A DNA stretch of 64,000 bases, from the IMG/VR virus record IMGVR_UViG_3300033153_005694, positions 19,028 to 83,027 of that record; one strand, 5' to 3'. Source of the DNA: a virus. How positions within the stretch are numbered: position 1 is the stretch's first letter; each line of letters opens with the position of its first letter. Made by a program: the position numbers and the translations under genes. The notes beneath the pieces were generated by a model that did not search any database, had not been told where the DNA came from, and was given only the letters and a program-made list of their open reading frames with translations. Of the stretch, positions 47,890 to 58,339 are shown piece after piece.

Positions 47890-49834
47890 AGAAATGCTCC
47901 AATTGAAGATATTTGTTGTAGTCTTTGAGTTTAAATCCGTAAGCCTGTCGCATTTTGAGTAAAATTGAATATTTATCCATTAAAGTTTTATAGTCTACTG
48001 AACTATCGTAGATAATAGGAGTGATATTAAAAACTTGCTGGGCTATGGTAAGTTTTGAATAGTGGGTAAATTGGTGCTTATCACGTGCTGCTTTGTAAGC
48101 CTTACAATCTGCGATGTATGTAAGAAAGTCTTGTGGTATATCGATAGCTGTAATATAAGATGATATATTGTCTTGTAAGATATTGGAAGTAGCTGCGTAA
48201 AATTGCTGTTTGTCGAGAGCTTGCTGAATAGCGGGTATGGCTAAGGTGAAAGCATTTGATGCTTTAACTGCAGGCTGGTATTTCTTCGGAACTCCGACTA
48301 ATGGCGGTTTATCACCAGTGATTAAGTTGTAGGCTTCATAGATTGCAGCGTAGTTATCAACATCTGGTGTGGTACCAGAAGCGGGTATATACCAGTAAGA
48401 GTCAGCGTTAGCTAGCTCAGATTGAAAAAGTCCACCGTGGTATGCTAGAGATACATAGATACCAGCATCTCGAGAATTGGTAGATTTGGTAACTTCGACT
48501 TCGTAACCGGATGTGAAGACATAGTCGACACCTAGATCATCTAGTAGTTGCTTAGCTTCGGCAGTAAACTCATCGAGATCTTGGGATTTGTCTTCGCGAA
48601 CTAGTAAAAGAACTTTTTTGGAAATTGAATCGTGATATAATCTAGCAGCCTCTAAAAAGCGTGATTTAGTGTCGGTTATAATAAAAGCGTAATCGGTAAG
48701 AGAATTAGCGTTTACGGTATTTGACTTTAGATTACGTGCTGATTTGTACCACGAATTGAGTTCACGAAAGTTGACGTTGCCGACTACTCCTTTGATACAA
48801 AAATACTTATCGAACATTTTTTGTCGAACTAAACAAGCTGTATCTGGATAGCTGTAAGTTTGTCTGATTTTCCACGGCATAGTGCCGATTGCTGTGTAAA
48901 AAGTTTGTAGACGAAGGTATGGTGTAGATTGTTTCATGATAGAGTCTGTAATAATTTGCTTAAACTCGTTAGTGATTAGCTCGAATTTGGTATTGATAGT
49001 TTTAATAGTAGCTTGATCTAGTGATAGAGATTCACGGCCAGGGTTAATAGCGGCTGAACCTGTAGGTATTTTTAAAACTAGTTGTTCAAGGTTAAAAGTA
49101 TTGATAGAAGCATCTCTAGGTATCTTGTAGACTACGTTGCTCATTAGAATGTAGTTGTTGTAAGACTCTAAAGAGGTATCTATAAACCAGTCATCGCTTT
49201 TAACGGTGATGTTGGTAGCTAGATCTAGTTCGATATTGAATGTGGGCTTGACTTCAAAGTATTTGTAGATTTTTATGGCTTTAGTTCGGAATGTTTGAAG
49301 ATCTTGAGGTTCGACAGGTAGTGAGAGTTTAAGGCCGTTAGATTCTGTAGTAGGTTGTTCAGCGAGTTGGACGGCTATAGGTACCCCATCTTGGATAGAG
49401 ATGAGGTATGAATAGTAGATGCCGTTGTGGTAGGATTCGACTGTGAAAGATTGCGAGTATGCAAGGCCTGCAAGTCTTCCCAGACCAAACTGACCGTTAA
49501 ATTTGTTGGAATTACGTTTGGTAGAGGCACCAACTACGGTAAATAAACCAACAATGTCATCTTTGTGTAAGCCTATACCATAGTCTCTGACAATAAAAGT
49601 AGGATTTTCAATAGTAGGTATATGAACATCGAATTTAATCTCTAAATCAGCTGCGATACAAGCATCTAGGGCATTTGTGCTCCATTCTCGAATACTAGCA
49701 GACATAGTGTCAGAGTATATCTTTTTGGTAAGTACGCTGTAAAGTGCGCTGTCTGCTTGGATAGAGAAATTAGTAGTTGAACCTACCGCAGAAGAGGATG
49801 TGATATTAGAATCAAGATTTGAAACAATGGCCAT
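47861..49834 (-). CDS. rIIA: rIIA-like protein (GHKL ATPase domain)
   Basis: IYSD...IREWSTNALDA, VRDYGIGL, ASTKRNSN..NGQFGLG, INPGRESLS. Confidence 0.88.
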   Translation of the reverse strand: MAIVSNLDSNITSSSAVGSTTNFSIQADSALYSVLTKKIYSDTMSASIREWSTNALDACIAADLEIKFDVHIPTIENPTFIVRDYGIGLHKDDIVGLFTVVGASTKRNSNKFNGQFGLGRLAGLAYSQSFTVESYHNGIYYSYLISIQDGVPIAVQLAEQPTTESNGLKLSLPVEPQDLQTFRTKAIKIYKYFEVKPTFNIELDLATNITVKSDDWFIDTSLESYNNYILMSNVVYKIPRDASINTFNLEQLVLKIPTGSAAINPGRESLSLDQATIKTINTKFELITNEFKQIITDSIMKQSTPYLRLQTFYTAIGTMPWKIRQTYSYPDTACLVRQKMFDKYFCIKGVVGNVNFRELNSWYKSARNLKSNTVNANSLTDYAFIITDTKSRFLEAARLYHDSISKKVLLLVREDKSQDLDEFTAEAKQLLDDLGVDYVFTSGYEVEVTKSTNSRDAGIYVSLAYHGGLFQSELANADSYWYIPASGTTPDVDNYAAIYEAYNLITGDKPPLVGVPKKYQPAVKASNAFTLAIPAIQQALDKQQFYAATSNILQDNISSYITAIDIPQDFLTYIADCKAYKAARDKHQFTHYSKLTIAQQVFNITPIIYDSSVDYKTLMDKYSILLKMRQAYGFKLKDYNKYLQLEHFYDTAHQDDG

Positions 49835-50002
49835 AGTTAAGCTCCTATTAAGTTTGGATTAGTAGAATATATATATGAAAAAATATACAAGAAAAGATTG
49901 CATAACTGCAATTGAAAAATAAGAATTTGGAAAAAATAAACTAGAATCTAATAGACTTTAACGATTAGGTGTATAGTGAAAAGTGAGAACATAGTAGGCG
50001 CC

Positions 50003-50095
50003 TTAAATAAGTAGTTCTGGATGGCGTATCTCTGAATTAAATAACTCTATTTCATACCCTATAGTAAGAGCTTGCTTAAGTTGGTCAATAGTCAT
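50003..50095 (-). CDS. 30-aa micro-ORF with HPELLI tag
   Basis: AAGGA SD; MTIDQLKQALTIGYEIELFNSEIRHPELLI; read manually. Confidence 0.55.
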   Translation of the reverse strand: MTIDQLKQALTIGYEIELFNSEIRHPELLI

Positions 50096-50108
50096 AAATG
50101 TCCTTAGA

Positions 50109-52379
50109 CTAGTAGAGCCTTACAGCTTGGTCTTTCAGCTTATTAATACGATCATCTGGCATTGCTCCCATATCTATAGCCCAAGCATCGTTGACATCGT
50201 CGATAAGTGTATGGACTTGTTCAATGGTAGCGCCAAGAAGTTTGGCATGTTGAACCATACGGTATATGTTACGAGAACCAGTACCAGGTGCTGCGTTGAA
50301 TGCGTAAGAGAACGTTTCAAGTTCGTCAGCTAGTTGGGCTTTAGATTGAGCAGGTGATAGAGGTTTGTCAGATTGATGCATAGTGGTACGCTCTTTAGCA
50401 GCCATTACAAAGTTACGGACTTCGAGAGGTGACGCGTCTATTACAGATAATACTGGACGGTTTGCATAGCTGAAGAAGATTTGAGATCGTGGTAATGGGT
50501 CTACTTGTAAAGCTAGATCATGAGCGACTATGGCTGTGAAGTGTTTCCAAGTTATGTTGTCGAGTTCAATAGGTGAGTCTAGTTCGATAAGAACACGGAA
50601 TTTGTACTCATTAGATGGATCGCTAGATAAAGCGATATGGTGGTTAAGGTCACCTAGCATGAAATGAGCCTCGGATGCTGATAAAGATGATTCGTCTACA
50701 TCGTAGACTAGCCATTTGGTACCACCGATGATGTTGTCTTTACCACGTACTCCGTTACGGAATTTAAATGGTGAATATGCGAAATCTTTGGTAAGTAGTT
50801 GACCTAAGTCTAAAAATGTAGTTTCAGCTACTTCAAAGCCATAGGCTGTGGTTACAGAGATATTGTGTTTAGCAGATCTAACGCGATCAGAATCGCCGCT
50901 AGTAATAGCATTATTGAGTTCGTCAGTATTGATTGGCTTAAATGAGATGCCCAGAACGTCAGTTTTGATAATAGGTTCATATTGAATTGCTCCTCCCTCG
51001 TTGATTACACTGTAGATACCGTCGGTATCATAACCAGCACATAAAGTTACAAGTTCTTGTAGTTTGGTTTTGGATGTAGATGTAGTAAAGCCTTGCTTTT
51101 TGATGTCGTGGACATTAATGATTGCTTTACCGTCAGCTTTGACTTCTGTTCGTAGGTAGTCTGCGAAACGTTCGTGGTCAGACTTAGATAAATCGTGTTC
51201 GAAAAGTTTCATATCTTCGGACAGTAGTTCGCTGAATCTGATGGCATCTATGTAGTGGTGTTGTTCGATGGTATTTGATTTATCGAAGATTGCAAATGCT
51301 CCAGCTAGTTTGATAGCTTTCCACTGAAGATGTCGTCTGATTAAGACGGATGTGGAATCTTGGTTTGGCATAATGTCAGCTAGGTCTGCATTGTAACGTT
51401 TGTATCGTCTGAATAGAAGTTTGGCTTCTGGAGATACTGCGATGTCTTGGCCTTTGGAAGATATGCCGAAGCTAGCTACAGACTTGATGTGTTCAGACAT
51501 TGCTATACGAGCTTGTTTAGCTTCGATCTCTAGATTGTCTTCGTAAGTGTCGGATTTCTCGAGTGTAGAGAATACAGGTTCAGGAATTCGTTCTGGAGTA
51601 TAGCAGAACCAAGATCTACGAGCTAGTTTAGACATGAAAGCGATATCGAACTTTTTCCTCGTGGTTGGGTCGTAAAGGATGTGGCCTGGTGAGCCTACAA
51701 ATAAGGCTGAAATTGGCTGGCCTTTGATGGCTCTAGTTCGGAATTCGATTCCGGCTGTGTAAATTGCCTCTTTGTCACCTGTATCGTAGACTTCGGATAG
51801 CAGTTTAATGTTGGCTTCCATATTGGGATTGTAAGCTAGTTCGTCTGAGAATTCACCTGAGTAAATAAAACCTGATGAGATACCTAGGTCTCCAATGTCT
51901 GTTAGGTGGACTGTAAGGCCCTTTTCAGTAGTAGGAGTGATATCGATAGGTGGAATGGGTTTAAGATACTGTTTGTAAGTATCGAACTCTGTGGCTTGAT
52001 CTTCGCCTGCGGCTTCAGCAGCTTTGATAGCTTCGTCAGTTACAAGTTGTTTACGGTGAGATTCGATCATTGCGAAACCATCTGCGAAACATTTACGAGC
52101 AGCTTTAACAGATGAATCTTTACCACCACCTGAACCGGTAACGATAAATGAGATTGCATTGATTGGGACTGAAGTGTCATCCCATAACATAATGTTACGC
52201 CTGAATTGTGAGGCAAAGTTTGTAAGTTGAGCTACAGCGATAGTTGCTTTCATTCGGTCATTAACAGTAGTAAAGACTATAGCATTTACGATACGTTGGA
52301 TGTGTGAGTTGAGGCCTGGAGTTAAAGCATCATATTGGTCAAGTACTTCTTTGTTTAAATCTAGCATACTGGGGTTCAT
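50109..52379 (-). CDS. Putative primase/helicase (DUF3987-like P-loop plus C-terminal primase-like region)
   Basis: TGSGGGKDSS P-loop; WLVYDVD...HHIALSS...KFRVLIEL; GTGSRN helical C-terminal domain. Confidence 0.7.
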   Translation of the reverse strand: MNPSMLDLNKEVLDQYDALTPGLNSHIQRIVNAIVFTTVNDRMKATIAVAQLTNFASQFRRNIMLWDDTSVPINAISFIVTGSGGGKDSSVKAARKCFADGFAMIESHRKQLVTDEAIKAAEAAGEDQATEFDTYKQYLKPIPPIDITPTTEKGLTVHLTDIGDLGISSGFIYSGEFSDELAYNPNMEANIKLLSEVYDTGDKEAIYTAGIEFRTRAIKGQPISALFVGSPGHILYDPTTRKKFDIAFMSKLARRSWFCYTPERIPEPVFSTLEKSDTYEDNLEIEAKQARIAMSEHIKSVASFGISSKGQDIAVSPEAKLLFRRYKRYNADLADIMPNQDSTSVLIRRHLQWKAIKLAGAFAIFDKSNTIEQHHYIDAIRFSELLSEDMKLFEHDLSKSDHERFADYLRTEVKADGKAIINVHDIKKQGFTTSTSKTKLQELVTLCAGYDTDGIYSVINEGGAIQYEPIIKTDVLGISFKPINTDELNNAITSGDSDRVRSAKHNISVTTAYGFEVAETTFLDLGQLLTKDFAYSPFKFRNGVRGKDNIIGGTKWLVYDVDESSLSASEAHFMLGDLNHHIALSSDPSNEYKFRVLIELDSPIELDNITWKHFTAIVAHDLALQVDPLPRSQIFFSYANRPVLSVIDASPLEVRNFVMAAKERTTMHQSDKPLSPAQSKAQLADELETFSYAFNAAPGTGSRNIYRMVQHAKLLGATIEQVHTLIDDVNDAWAIDMGAMPDDRINKLKDQAVRLY

Positions 52380-52388
52380 TGGGTTCCT

Positions 52389-52793
52389 TTAAATAGAAAT
52401 TCTGGGTGGGTATTAGCAAGTTTTGGAAAATAATAGTCTTGTACGTTGTTAGTTAAGTCTAACGGGGTCCTTCGTGCAGGTTACTAAGTGTGTCAAAGAC
52501 TCTACAATTTCGAGTTTAATCTCTTTTGCAGTTGGTAAGTTAGGTATGTATCTAATAGTGATTTTGATAGGTATGTGGAATAGCACTTCGGCTGAGGCTA
52601 TTGCTGTCTCCGTTATACTTTTCTATAAGTTCTAAAGTAGTTCCGGTTGGAAAGATTAAAGCTATAGTTAATTGGTTTATTGTGGGGCATTAAAATTATA
52701 AGAGCCAGGGTCATATCGCCCTTTTTGATATTTGTATTTTACTTTGTAGTCTATTATACAATTAGGAATTAAAATATATCCTGTTATTGTCAT
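52389..52793 (-). pseudogene. Multiply disrupted tagged ORF (ends ...NTHPEFL)
   Basis: SD plus ATG at 52793, early stop, and degenerate tag CCAGAATTTCTATTTAAAGGA just before the primase gene. Confidence 0.4.
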
Positions 52794-52802
52794 AAGTGTC
52801 CT

Positions 52803-53054
52803 TTATAGTTTGAACTTGACTAAGTCCTCTTGTTTGATCATTGTGTTATTGTATGTGAGGTAGCCATCTGCTAAGTCAAGGTTGTCCATTAGTTGATTAA
52901 GCCATTGTTTTATTAGTGGTATTTCCTGTGGGTTTAGAGGTTGTATAAACATAGGATGTACTTTGTAAGTAATATTAAGATATTCGATCTTATCATTGAT
53001 AGGTTCTCCTATATTAACACGTTGTCCATTGATTTTGATAATTAATTCATTCAT
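52803..53054 (-). CDS. Hypothetical protein
   Basis: ORF track. Confidence 0.5.
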   Translation of the reverse strand: MNELIIKINGQRVNIGEPINDKIEYLNITYKVHPMFIQPLNPQEIPLIKQWLNQLMDNLDLADGYLTYNNTMIKQEDLVKFKL

Positions 53055-53132
53055 TATAGTCGTCTTGTATTTCTAATATTGTGACTAGGATTATAATATT
53101 GATTGCAAAAAAGATTGCTAAGGCTATAGGTG

Positions 53133-53591
53133 TCATTTGTAATTCCTCATAAGGTTGAATAAGTATTTTGATCTTGTTTTAGTTTGTTTGAACCAAAGAG
53201 AGTTTTTCATTTCTAAAGCTGCTTTCGTCCAATTATGCCTGCTGAGTTGATAATGCATTTTACGGAATTTATGGAATCCGTTGATGCCTACATTATAAGT
53301 CATATCTAGTATGACTGTTTTAGGGATGTAAGGTAAATGTGCATACCAAGGATAGATCTCATCTAGGCTTTTATCTATGATTGTTAGCCTGGAATGTAAG
53401 AGGTAAGTTGCTTCTGCTTTTGTAATATAGGAGAGGTTAGTACCCCAGCCTATTGAATAAGTATGGGTGTCTTTGTAGACATGAGTACTGTAACCCTCAT
53501 GCTTTTTGATAAGTTCTACTGATAGTTCAGTTGGAGCTGCTTTTGCATAGATAGCTAATAGGATTAAAAGAGTATAGATAGCTGTTCGCAT
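53133..53591 (-). CDS. Phage lysozyme (GH24-like) with N-terminal signal/SAR segment
   Basis: IKKHEG...YKDT..YSIGWGTNL, DMTYNVG...F.KM, AALEMKNSLWFKQT..R. Confidence 0.85.
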   Translation of the reverse strand: MRTAIYTLLILLAIYAKAAPTELSVELIKKHEGYSTHVYKDTHTYSIGWGTNLSYITKAEATYLLHSRLTIIDKSLDEIYPWYAHLPYIPKTVILDMTYNVGINGFHKFRKMHYQLSRHNWTKAALEMKNSLWFKQTKTRSKYLFNLMRNYK

Positions 53592-53599
53592 AATAGTCC

Positions 53600-54466
53600 T
53601 TAGATTAAGTGTTCGGGGTAAGTATCGATAACAACTTGCGGTATTTCGATAGTTGGGTATGGAGGATAAGTATGTCGACCTGCTATAGCTACTATAGAAT
53701 TAATATGGTTATCCCATTGTTTTTTGGTGTTTTGTCCACGAGTTGCTGTGTATAGTTGCAGTTCGGGAGAGAAGTGGGGTAATGGCAGGATTTTGGTATG
53801 TGATTTGATGAGAAAATCATAGATTTTTAAGCGTTGATTAGCAGGTAACTGGTCAATGGCTTTGATGATGTATGGAACGTAAAACATATTAACGCTCATA
53901 AATGTGCGGATTTGAAAACCGACTGTAGATTTTACCTTTTTTTCGTAGTAATGAGGTATTCTTTCATCCCAACGATATACAAGTTTGTTTAATGCTGTTT
54001 GAAATTTGGTGAAATCTAGTGTTTGTTTCTTTTGGTAAATGTATTTAGTAAGTCGGCTAAGAGTATTTGATTGAAATTTGTCTAGTTCGAAATATAGGTC
54101 ATCGTGAAATGTTGGGTGTTGGTATAGAGTGCCCTCTGGTAGCATTGCTTGACGAGATTTGTTTAAGTCAAAATCTGCAAGGATTTGTTCGGGAGTACCA
54201 AATTGGTTGACGATGAGTTGGATGTCGTAGTGGTCAATGATTGGAGCTTTAGAAGGTATAACACCTGAGCTATTTTTGTAAGTATGGGCGTTGCTAGTGG
54301 TATAATCAGCTTCGCCGAACTGTTTGATTACAGTACTTGCGGTATGCTGGTCAATAAAATAGATGTCGATGTCTTTGGCTTTATCGAGTAAAGAACCGCC
54401 AGCTATAAACCAGCCAGATGGTGGAAGTAACTGTTTGAGTTTGTTGAAGTGCTCAGGTTTGATCAT
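53600..54466 (-). CDS. Nucleotidyltransferase-like protein with YPEHLI tag
   Basis: FIAGGS....KDIDIYF, IQLI, FDL. Confidence 0.7.
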   Translation of the reverse strand: MIKPEHFNKLKQLLPPSGWFIAGGSLLDKAKDIDIYFIDQHTASTVIKQFGEADYTTSNAHTYKNSSGVIPSKAPIIDHYDIQLIVNQFGTPEQILADFDLNKSRQAMLPEGTLYQHPTFHDDLYFELDKFQSNTLSRLTKYIYQKKQTLDFTKFQTALNKLVYRWDERIPHYYEKKVKSTVGFQIRTFMSVNMFYVPYIIKAIDQLPANQRLKIYDFLIKSHTKILPLPHFSPELQLYTATRGQNTKKQWDNHINSIVAIAGRHTYPPYPTIEIPQVVIDTYPEHLI

Positions 54467-54720
54467 AGGAATAACTCCGGATAGGTGTCAAGAAGCTCTT
54501 GCTGGCTTGTAAAGCTGTAAAGAAGAGTAAAATTTTTACCAAGAGCTTGCTCAATAGGCTTGCCAGTATTACTATTTTGATTAAAGTGTGAAGGACCAGA
54601 AAAATCGTAAGCTAAAGTGTTTGTTATGGTACTACAACGGGTACTAGATGCATAATCAGGAGTACGAACCAATATAAAAGAATTAGGTGTATTTTTAACT
54701 TGAATTAAATGATATTGCAT
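54463..54720 (-). CDS. Hypothetical protein with YPELFL tag
   Basis: ORF track; shared C-terminus. Confidence 0.65.
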   Translation of the reverse strand: MQYHLIQVKNTPNSFILVRTPDYASSTRCSTITNTLAYDFSGPSHFNQNSNTGKPIEQALGKNFTLLYSFTSQQELLDTYPELFL

Positions 54721-54751
54721 AAAGGCTCCTAAAAGGGTAATTTAAAATAAC

Positions 54752-55943
54752 TTACTCGATCTTAGTAACTATTTTCTTGAATAGCTTTTTATTGTTTAGA
54801 TCTTTGTCGAAGTTTGATAGCTTCATATAGTTGTCAAAGTTGTCATCTTTTTTCGATTTTAAGAAAGCAGCTAAGATTTCGATGTCTGTACCATATAAGT
54901 ATGCTAATAGTGGTAAAGCGTCTTCAGAAGATTCTGATTTAATGTATTTAGTAAATAAGTTGTTGGCAAGTTCTGTCTTTTGAATAGCTTCCTGGTTTGC
55001 GATAAGCTTATTGATATGATTACCAATTTTCTCAGGGTTTTTAACCAATACAACCTTTAAAGATTTGGAATTGAACTACGTCTGGGATCTTGTCGATTTT
55101 GTCTACGAATGACGCAAGTTTAGTCCAAGATCTAGGTGTTGCCCCAACTCCGCCATCTGCAGGTGTCCAATGGATTCTGTCTGGATGTTCAGCGATGAAA
55201 TCTCTAACGATTGAGTTGACGTTAGCTGTTCTAGCCCAATCTAGCCATGCAGTTGCATCTGCTTCCACAGTACAGTGGGTAAACCTGTCTAGAAGTGCTG
55301 GATCGAAGGTGTTAACCGTGTAGTCTTGATCTGCAGGATTGATGGCTGCGACTACAAATGTAGGTTTACCATCAACTATTGGTAGTAAGTGTGAGTGTAA
55401 ACGTTTGTCAAGAACTAATTGAAGGCTGGCATTTAGAATGTCAACTGGTGCTCTGTTGAATTCGTCTAAAAAGATTACAGATCTTTTGGCTTTGCTGTAA
55501 GTGATAAGGTCTTGAGTGATTAAATGTAGCATGTCATTGATCTCGCCTGTAAATTCGCAATATAGGGCATTTAGAGATGCTCTATCGATAGATGAACTAG
55601 TGTCTATTCTGTCGATTACAAATGATTTGATTTCGTCAGATGCGAAGCTTAAGTCATCGAAGTTGACTGATGGTGGGAATGCAGCATTTATAACCCTATT
55701 GTACCAGTCTGCTCCTGCCCATACAGTAGTTATCTGACCACCAACTTCAGCAGTTCTAGGCATACCCATTAAATCGGATACGTCCATAAGAGATAAGATT
55801 AAAGTTTCACAATGTAAGTCTTGCTCTGTAGCGAATTGTTTAACTATGTCTGATTTTCCAAGACCATGTAGGCCAGTTATTAGTGGTGCAGCATCTACGA
55901 TGTGGCATGCTTCTACGAAGCTTTTTGTCTCATTTATTGTCAT
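54752..55943 (-). CDS. MoxR-like AAA+ ATPase (N4 gp24-like), broken into two frames at about 55041-55048
   Basis: GLHGLGKS, FLDEFNRA, AAINP, DPALLDRF, TPRSW. The downstream ORF has only a TTG start and a different frame. Confidence 0.75.
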
Positions 55944-55968
55944 TTGGTGTTCCTTTTGTTGTTGTGTA

Positions 55969-56231
55969 CTATATTAGCAATTCTGGGTTTGATTGTTTAA
56001 GGTGTTCGGCTAAAGTTTGTGTTAAGTTTTCACCGTTGTTACAGCTAGGTTGAAGTTTGCAGGCTTGGCAAGGGATTCCTTGGCATATGGCATAGATTGA
56101 GCCTTTGTCACGATCTAGTTCAATTTGGTAACAGAATGGGTCGATGTCTGTTTTCTTGAATTTTTTGCGAGATTTCTTGTCATCTTTATAGACGATGTAT
56201 AAGGGAAATCGCCGATTTGTGAAGTAATCAT
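55969..56231 (-). pseudogene. Cys-rich tagged ORF (...QSNPELLI) missing one base near its start
   Basis: Span is 263 nt (3n-1); CQGIPCQACKLQPSC; read manually. Confidence 0.55.
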
Positions 56232-56233
56232 AG

Positions 56234-57436
56234 TTATTCTTTAAGCTGGAATGCTGTCATTTTGCCTTTGTTCATTGAGTCCATGATTTGGCCATTGGCT
56301 TCGATTAACCAGATAATTCGCTTGTTAAGTTTAGCGAATACTTCGACGTCTGAGGTGTCAAGGTAACCGTCTGTAGTAATTACTATAGCGTTGTAGTCAA
56401 GTCTATACTCTTTGGCTTTGTTGATTGCTGGAGATAAGTAAGTACCACCTGCTGCTTTACGTTCAACGATTTTGGTGTTTTTCTTCAGTTCTTCGGGTTT
56501 GCTAGGTTGTGTGCTGATTTGAATAAGTTTGACTGCAGATTGAGTTACGTCACAAATATGTCGAACTTCGCCCCATAAGTGTAGAAGAGCGTCGTCAGAT
56601 ACTGAACCTGATACGTCGGATACGATGAGTAGGTCAAATATACGGTCTTTAGTTCGACCTTTGAGCCATTCGAAGTCTGGTAGTCGTCTGTCAGGTCTCA
56701 TCGTAGTTTTGCGAGAACCTACACGTTTGTTGCCTACTATGTTTCGAAGGACTTTACGCCAATCTAGTTCACGTTTGTGGGTGAATAGGTCAAGCCAATT
56801 GCTGATTGCGTTAGGTATAGTACCACGAGATTTCTGGGTGCTAGAGATTGACTTTTCGATCATGTTTTTGGTAATGTCATCTTGTAGTTCTGGATCACCT
56901 TGAGACTCATCCCATTTAGAATGTGCTCCACCTGGAGTTCCTGAGCCTTGGTTTTGTTGGTCTTTGGGTGGTAATTGGTCTTTGTCGAGGTATTCGTAGT
57001 ATTGTTCAGCAGACTTGTTGTTTGGTGTTTTCTTCTTTGAAGGAAAGTTATCAGGATAAATACAGCCGTTTGGTAGATGTGTACGATCGATAGCTTGATT
57101 GATTGCACAGTCTGTTGCGTAGTTGAAAGCCTGGGGATCTCTGTCTTGCCGTCTGTAGATGTGGCCATTTAAGATGTGTAGCATTTCGTGTTTAAGAATA
57201 CCTAGTCGTTGAACAAGTGGGAATTTGTTGAATTCGTCAGGGTTGATAAATAGGTTGTAGTGATCTAGATAAAAATTGACACTGGCAGGTGCGGGTAAAG
57301 ATTTGTCATATTGGACTTTACATTGAGCAATCATGTGAGTGTAGAATAGGTAAGTTTGGGAATATTGAGATTGGATAGCTATCATATTACTGATAGCTTC
57401 TTCAAATCCATATTTGTCAGCTGGAGTGATTTGCAT
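56234..57436 (-). CDS. DUF2201-type metallopeptidase/VWA protein (N4 gp25-like)
   Basis: LKHEMLH, NYATDCAIN, MIDAS DVSGSV, GGT, TTDGY. Confidence 0.85.
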   Translation of the reverse strand: MQITPADKYGFEEAISNMIAIQSQYSQTYLFYTHMIAQCKVQYDKSLPAPASVNFYLDHYNLFINPDEFNKFPLVQRLGILKHEMLHILNGHIYRRQDRDPQAFNYATDCAINQAIDRTHLPNGCIYPDNFPSKKKTPNNKSAEQYYEYLDKDQLPPKDQQNQGSGTPGGAHSKWDESQGDPELQDDITKNMIEKSISSTQKSRGTIPNAISNWLDLFTHKRELDWRKVLRNIVGNKRVGSRKTTMRPDRRLPDFEWLKGRTKDRIFDLLIVSDVSGSVSDDALLHLWGEVRHICDVTQSAVKLIQISTQPSKPEELKKNTKIVERKAAGGTYLSPAINKAKEYRLDYNAIVITTDGYLDTSDVEVFAKLNKRIIWLIEANGQIMDSMNKGKMTAFQLKE

Positions 57437-57437
57437 G

Positions 57438-58091
57438 TTAGTCCTTTAAAGTAGTGGGTAGTGTTCCAATGAATGGTTCACAGTAGTAGTATCTACCATG
57501 AGGTTTAGTAAGATATTTATGTGTATGATTATCCATTTTCATAAGTTGTAATAATTGTGGTTGATCTTCTGATGAATGCCAAAACCAACACCATTCGTTT
57601 GGTTGTGGTTGCCAGGGTTTAATATCTGATATAAGGATTATGCCTTTTAAATTATTACCTTTTAATGTGACTGTATCATGTCCTATAGGAGCGCTAATTA
57701 CTTGTTTTATAATTCTGGGATTTTTACATGTAGTAATCTCAACCCAATCACCAACTTTGAATTGTGGTTCGTCGGGTTTGATTCTACAGTAACTTGGTAC
57801 ATAGTTTAACATGTCAATATTATTTGAATTTTTCCATTCAGGATAAGATTGTTTATTAACATTTACTTGAATAGTTTTACCTTCAGCTAATGCTTTACGC
57901 AATTCAACATATTCGTCGTTGATGATGTAAGTACAATCTTCGATAGTTCCAGCAAAGAATGTTGAAGGTTCGTCATAATCAATAGTAAGCCATTGTGGTA
58001 TAGTATCATCAGGATAATAACCTAATAGTTTTCCGCCATTAAGCCAGTGTTCGAATTCAAGTTTGTATTTATTGATTATGTCTTTATTCAT
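57438..58091 (-). CDS. Hypothetical protein
   Basis: ORF with AAGGA SD. Confidence 0.6.
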   Translation of the reverse strand: MNKDIINKYKLEFEHWLNGGKLLGYYPDDTIPQWLTIDYDEPSTFFAGTIEDCTYIINDEYVELRKALAEGKTIQVNVNKQSYPEWKNSNNIDMLNYVPSYCRIKPDEPQFKVGDWVEITTCKNPRIIKQVISAPIGHDTVTLKGNNLKGIILISDIKPWQPQPNEWCWFWHSSEDQPQLLQLMKMDNHTHKYLTKPHGRYYYCEPFIGTLPTTLKD

Positions 58092-58100
58092 GGTTGTCCT

Positions 58101-58331
58101 TTAAATTAATAGTTCTGGATAGTTTGTAGAGTTGAATTTGCGATAATCTTTGATTGTTGTAATTAACATATGGCCTTCTTCTTGTAGCTTTTCGATATTT
58201 ACAGTAGAGTTGTAACAAAGTGTTGTGGCAGTAATCTCATTTAATGTACACCAAGTGGAATTGGCTGTTTTAGAACATACCCAATAAGGTTTTTGTGGAT
58301 TGTTTTTAATATTACAAAGTATATAGTACAT
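58101..58331 (-). CDS. Hypothetical protein with YPELLI tag
   Basis: ORF track. Confidence 0.6.
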   Translation of the reverse strand: MYYILCNIKNNPQKPYWVCSKTANSTWCTLNEITATTLCYNSTVNIEKLQEEGHMLITTIKDYRKFNSTNYPELLI

Positions 58332-58339
58332 AAAAATCC

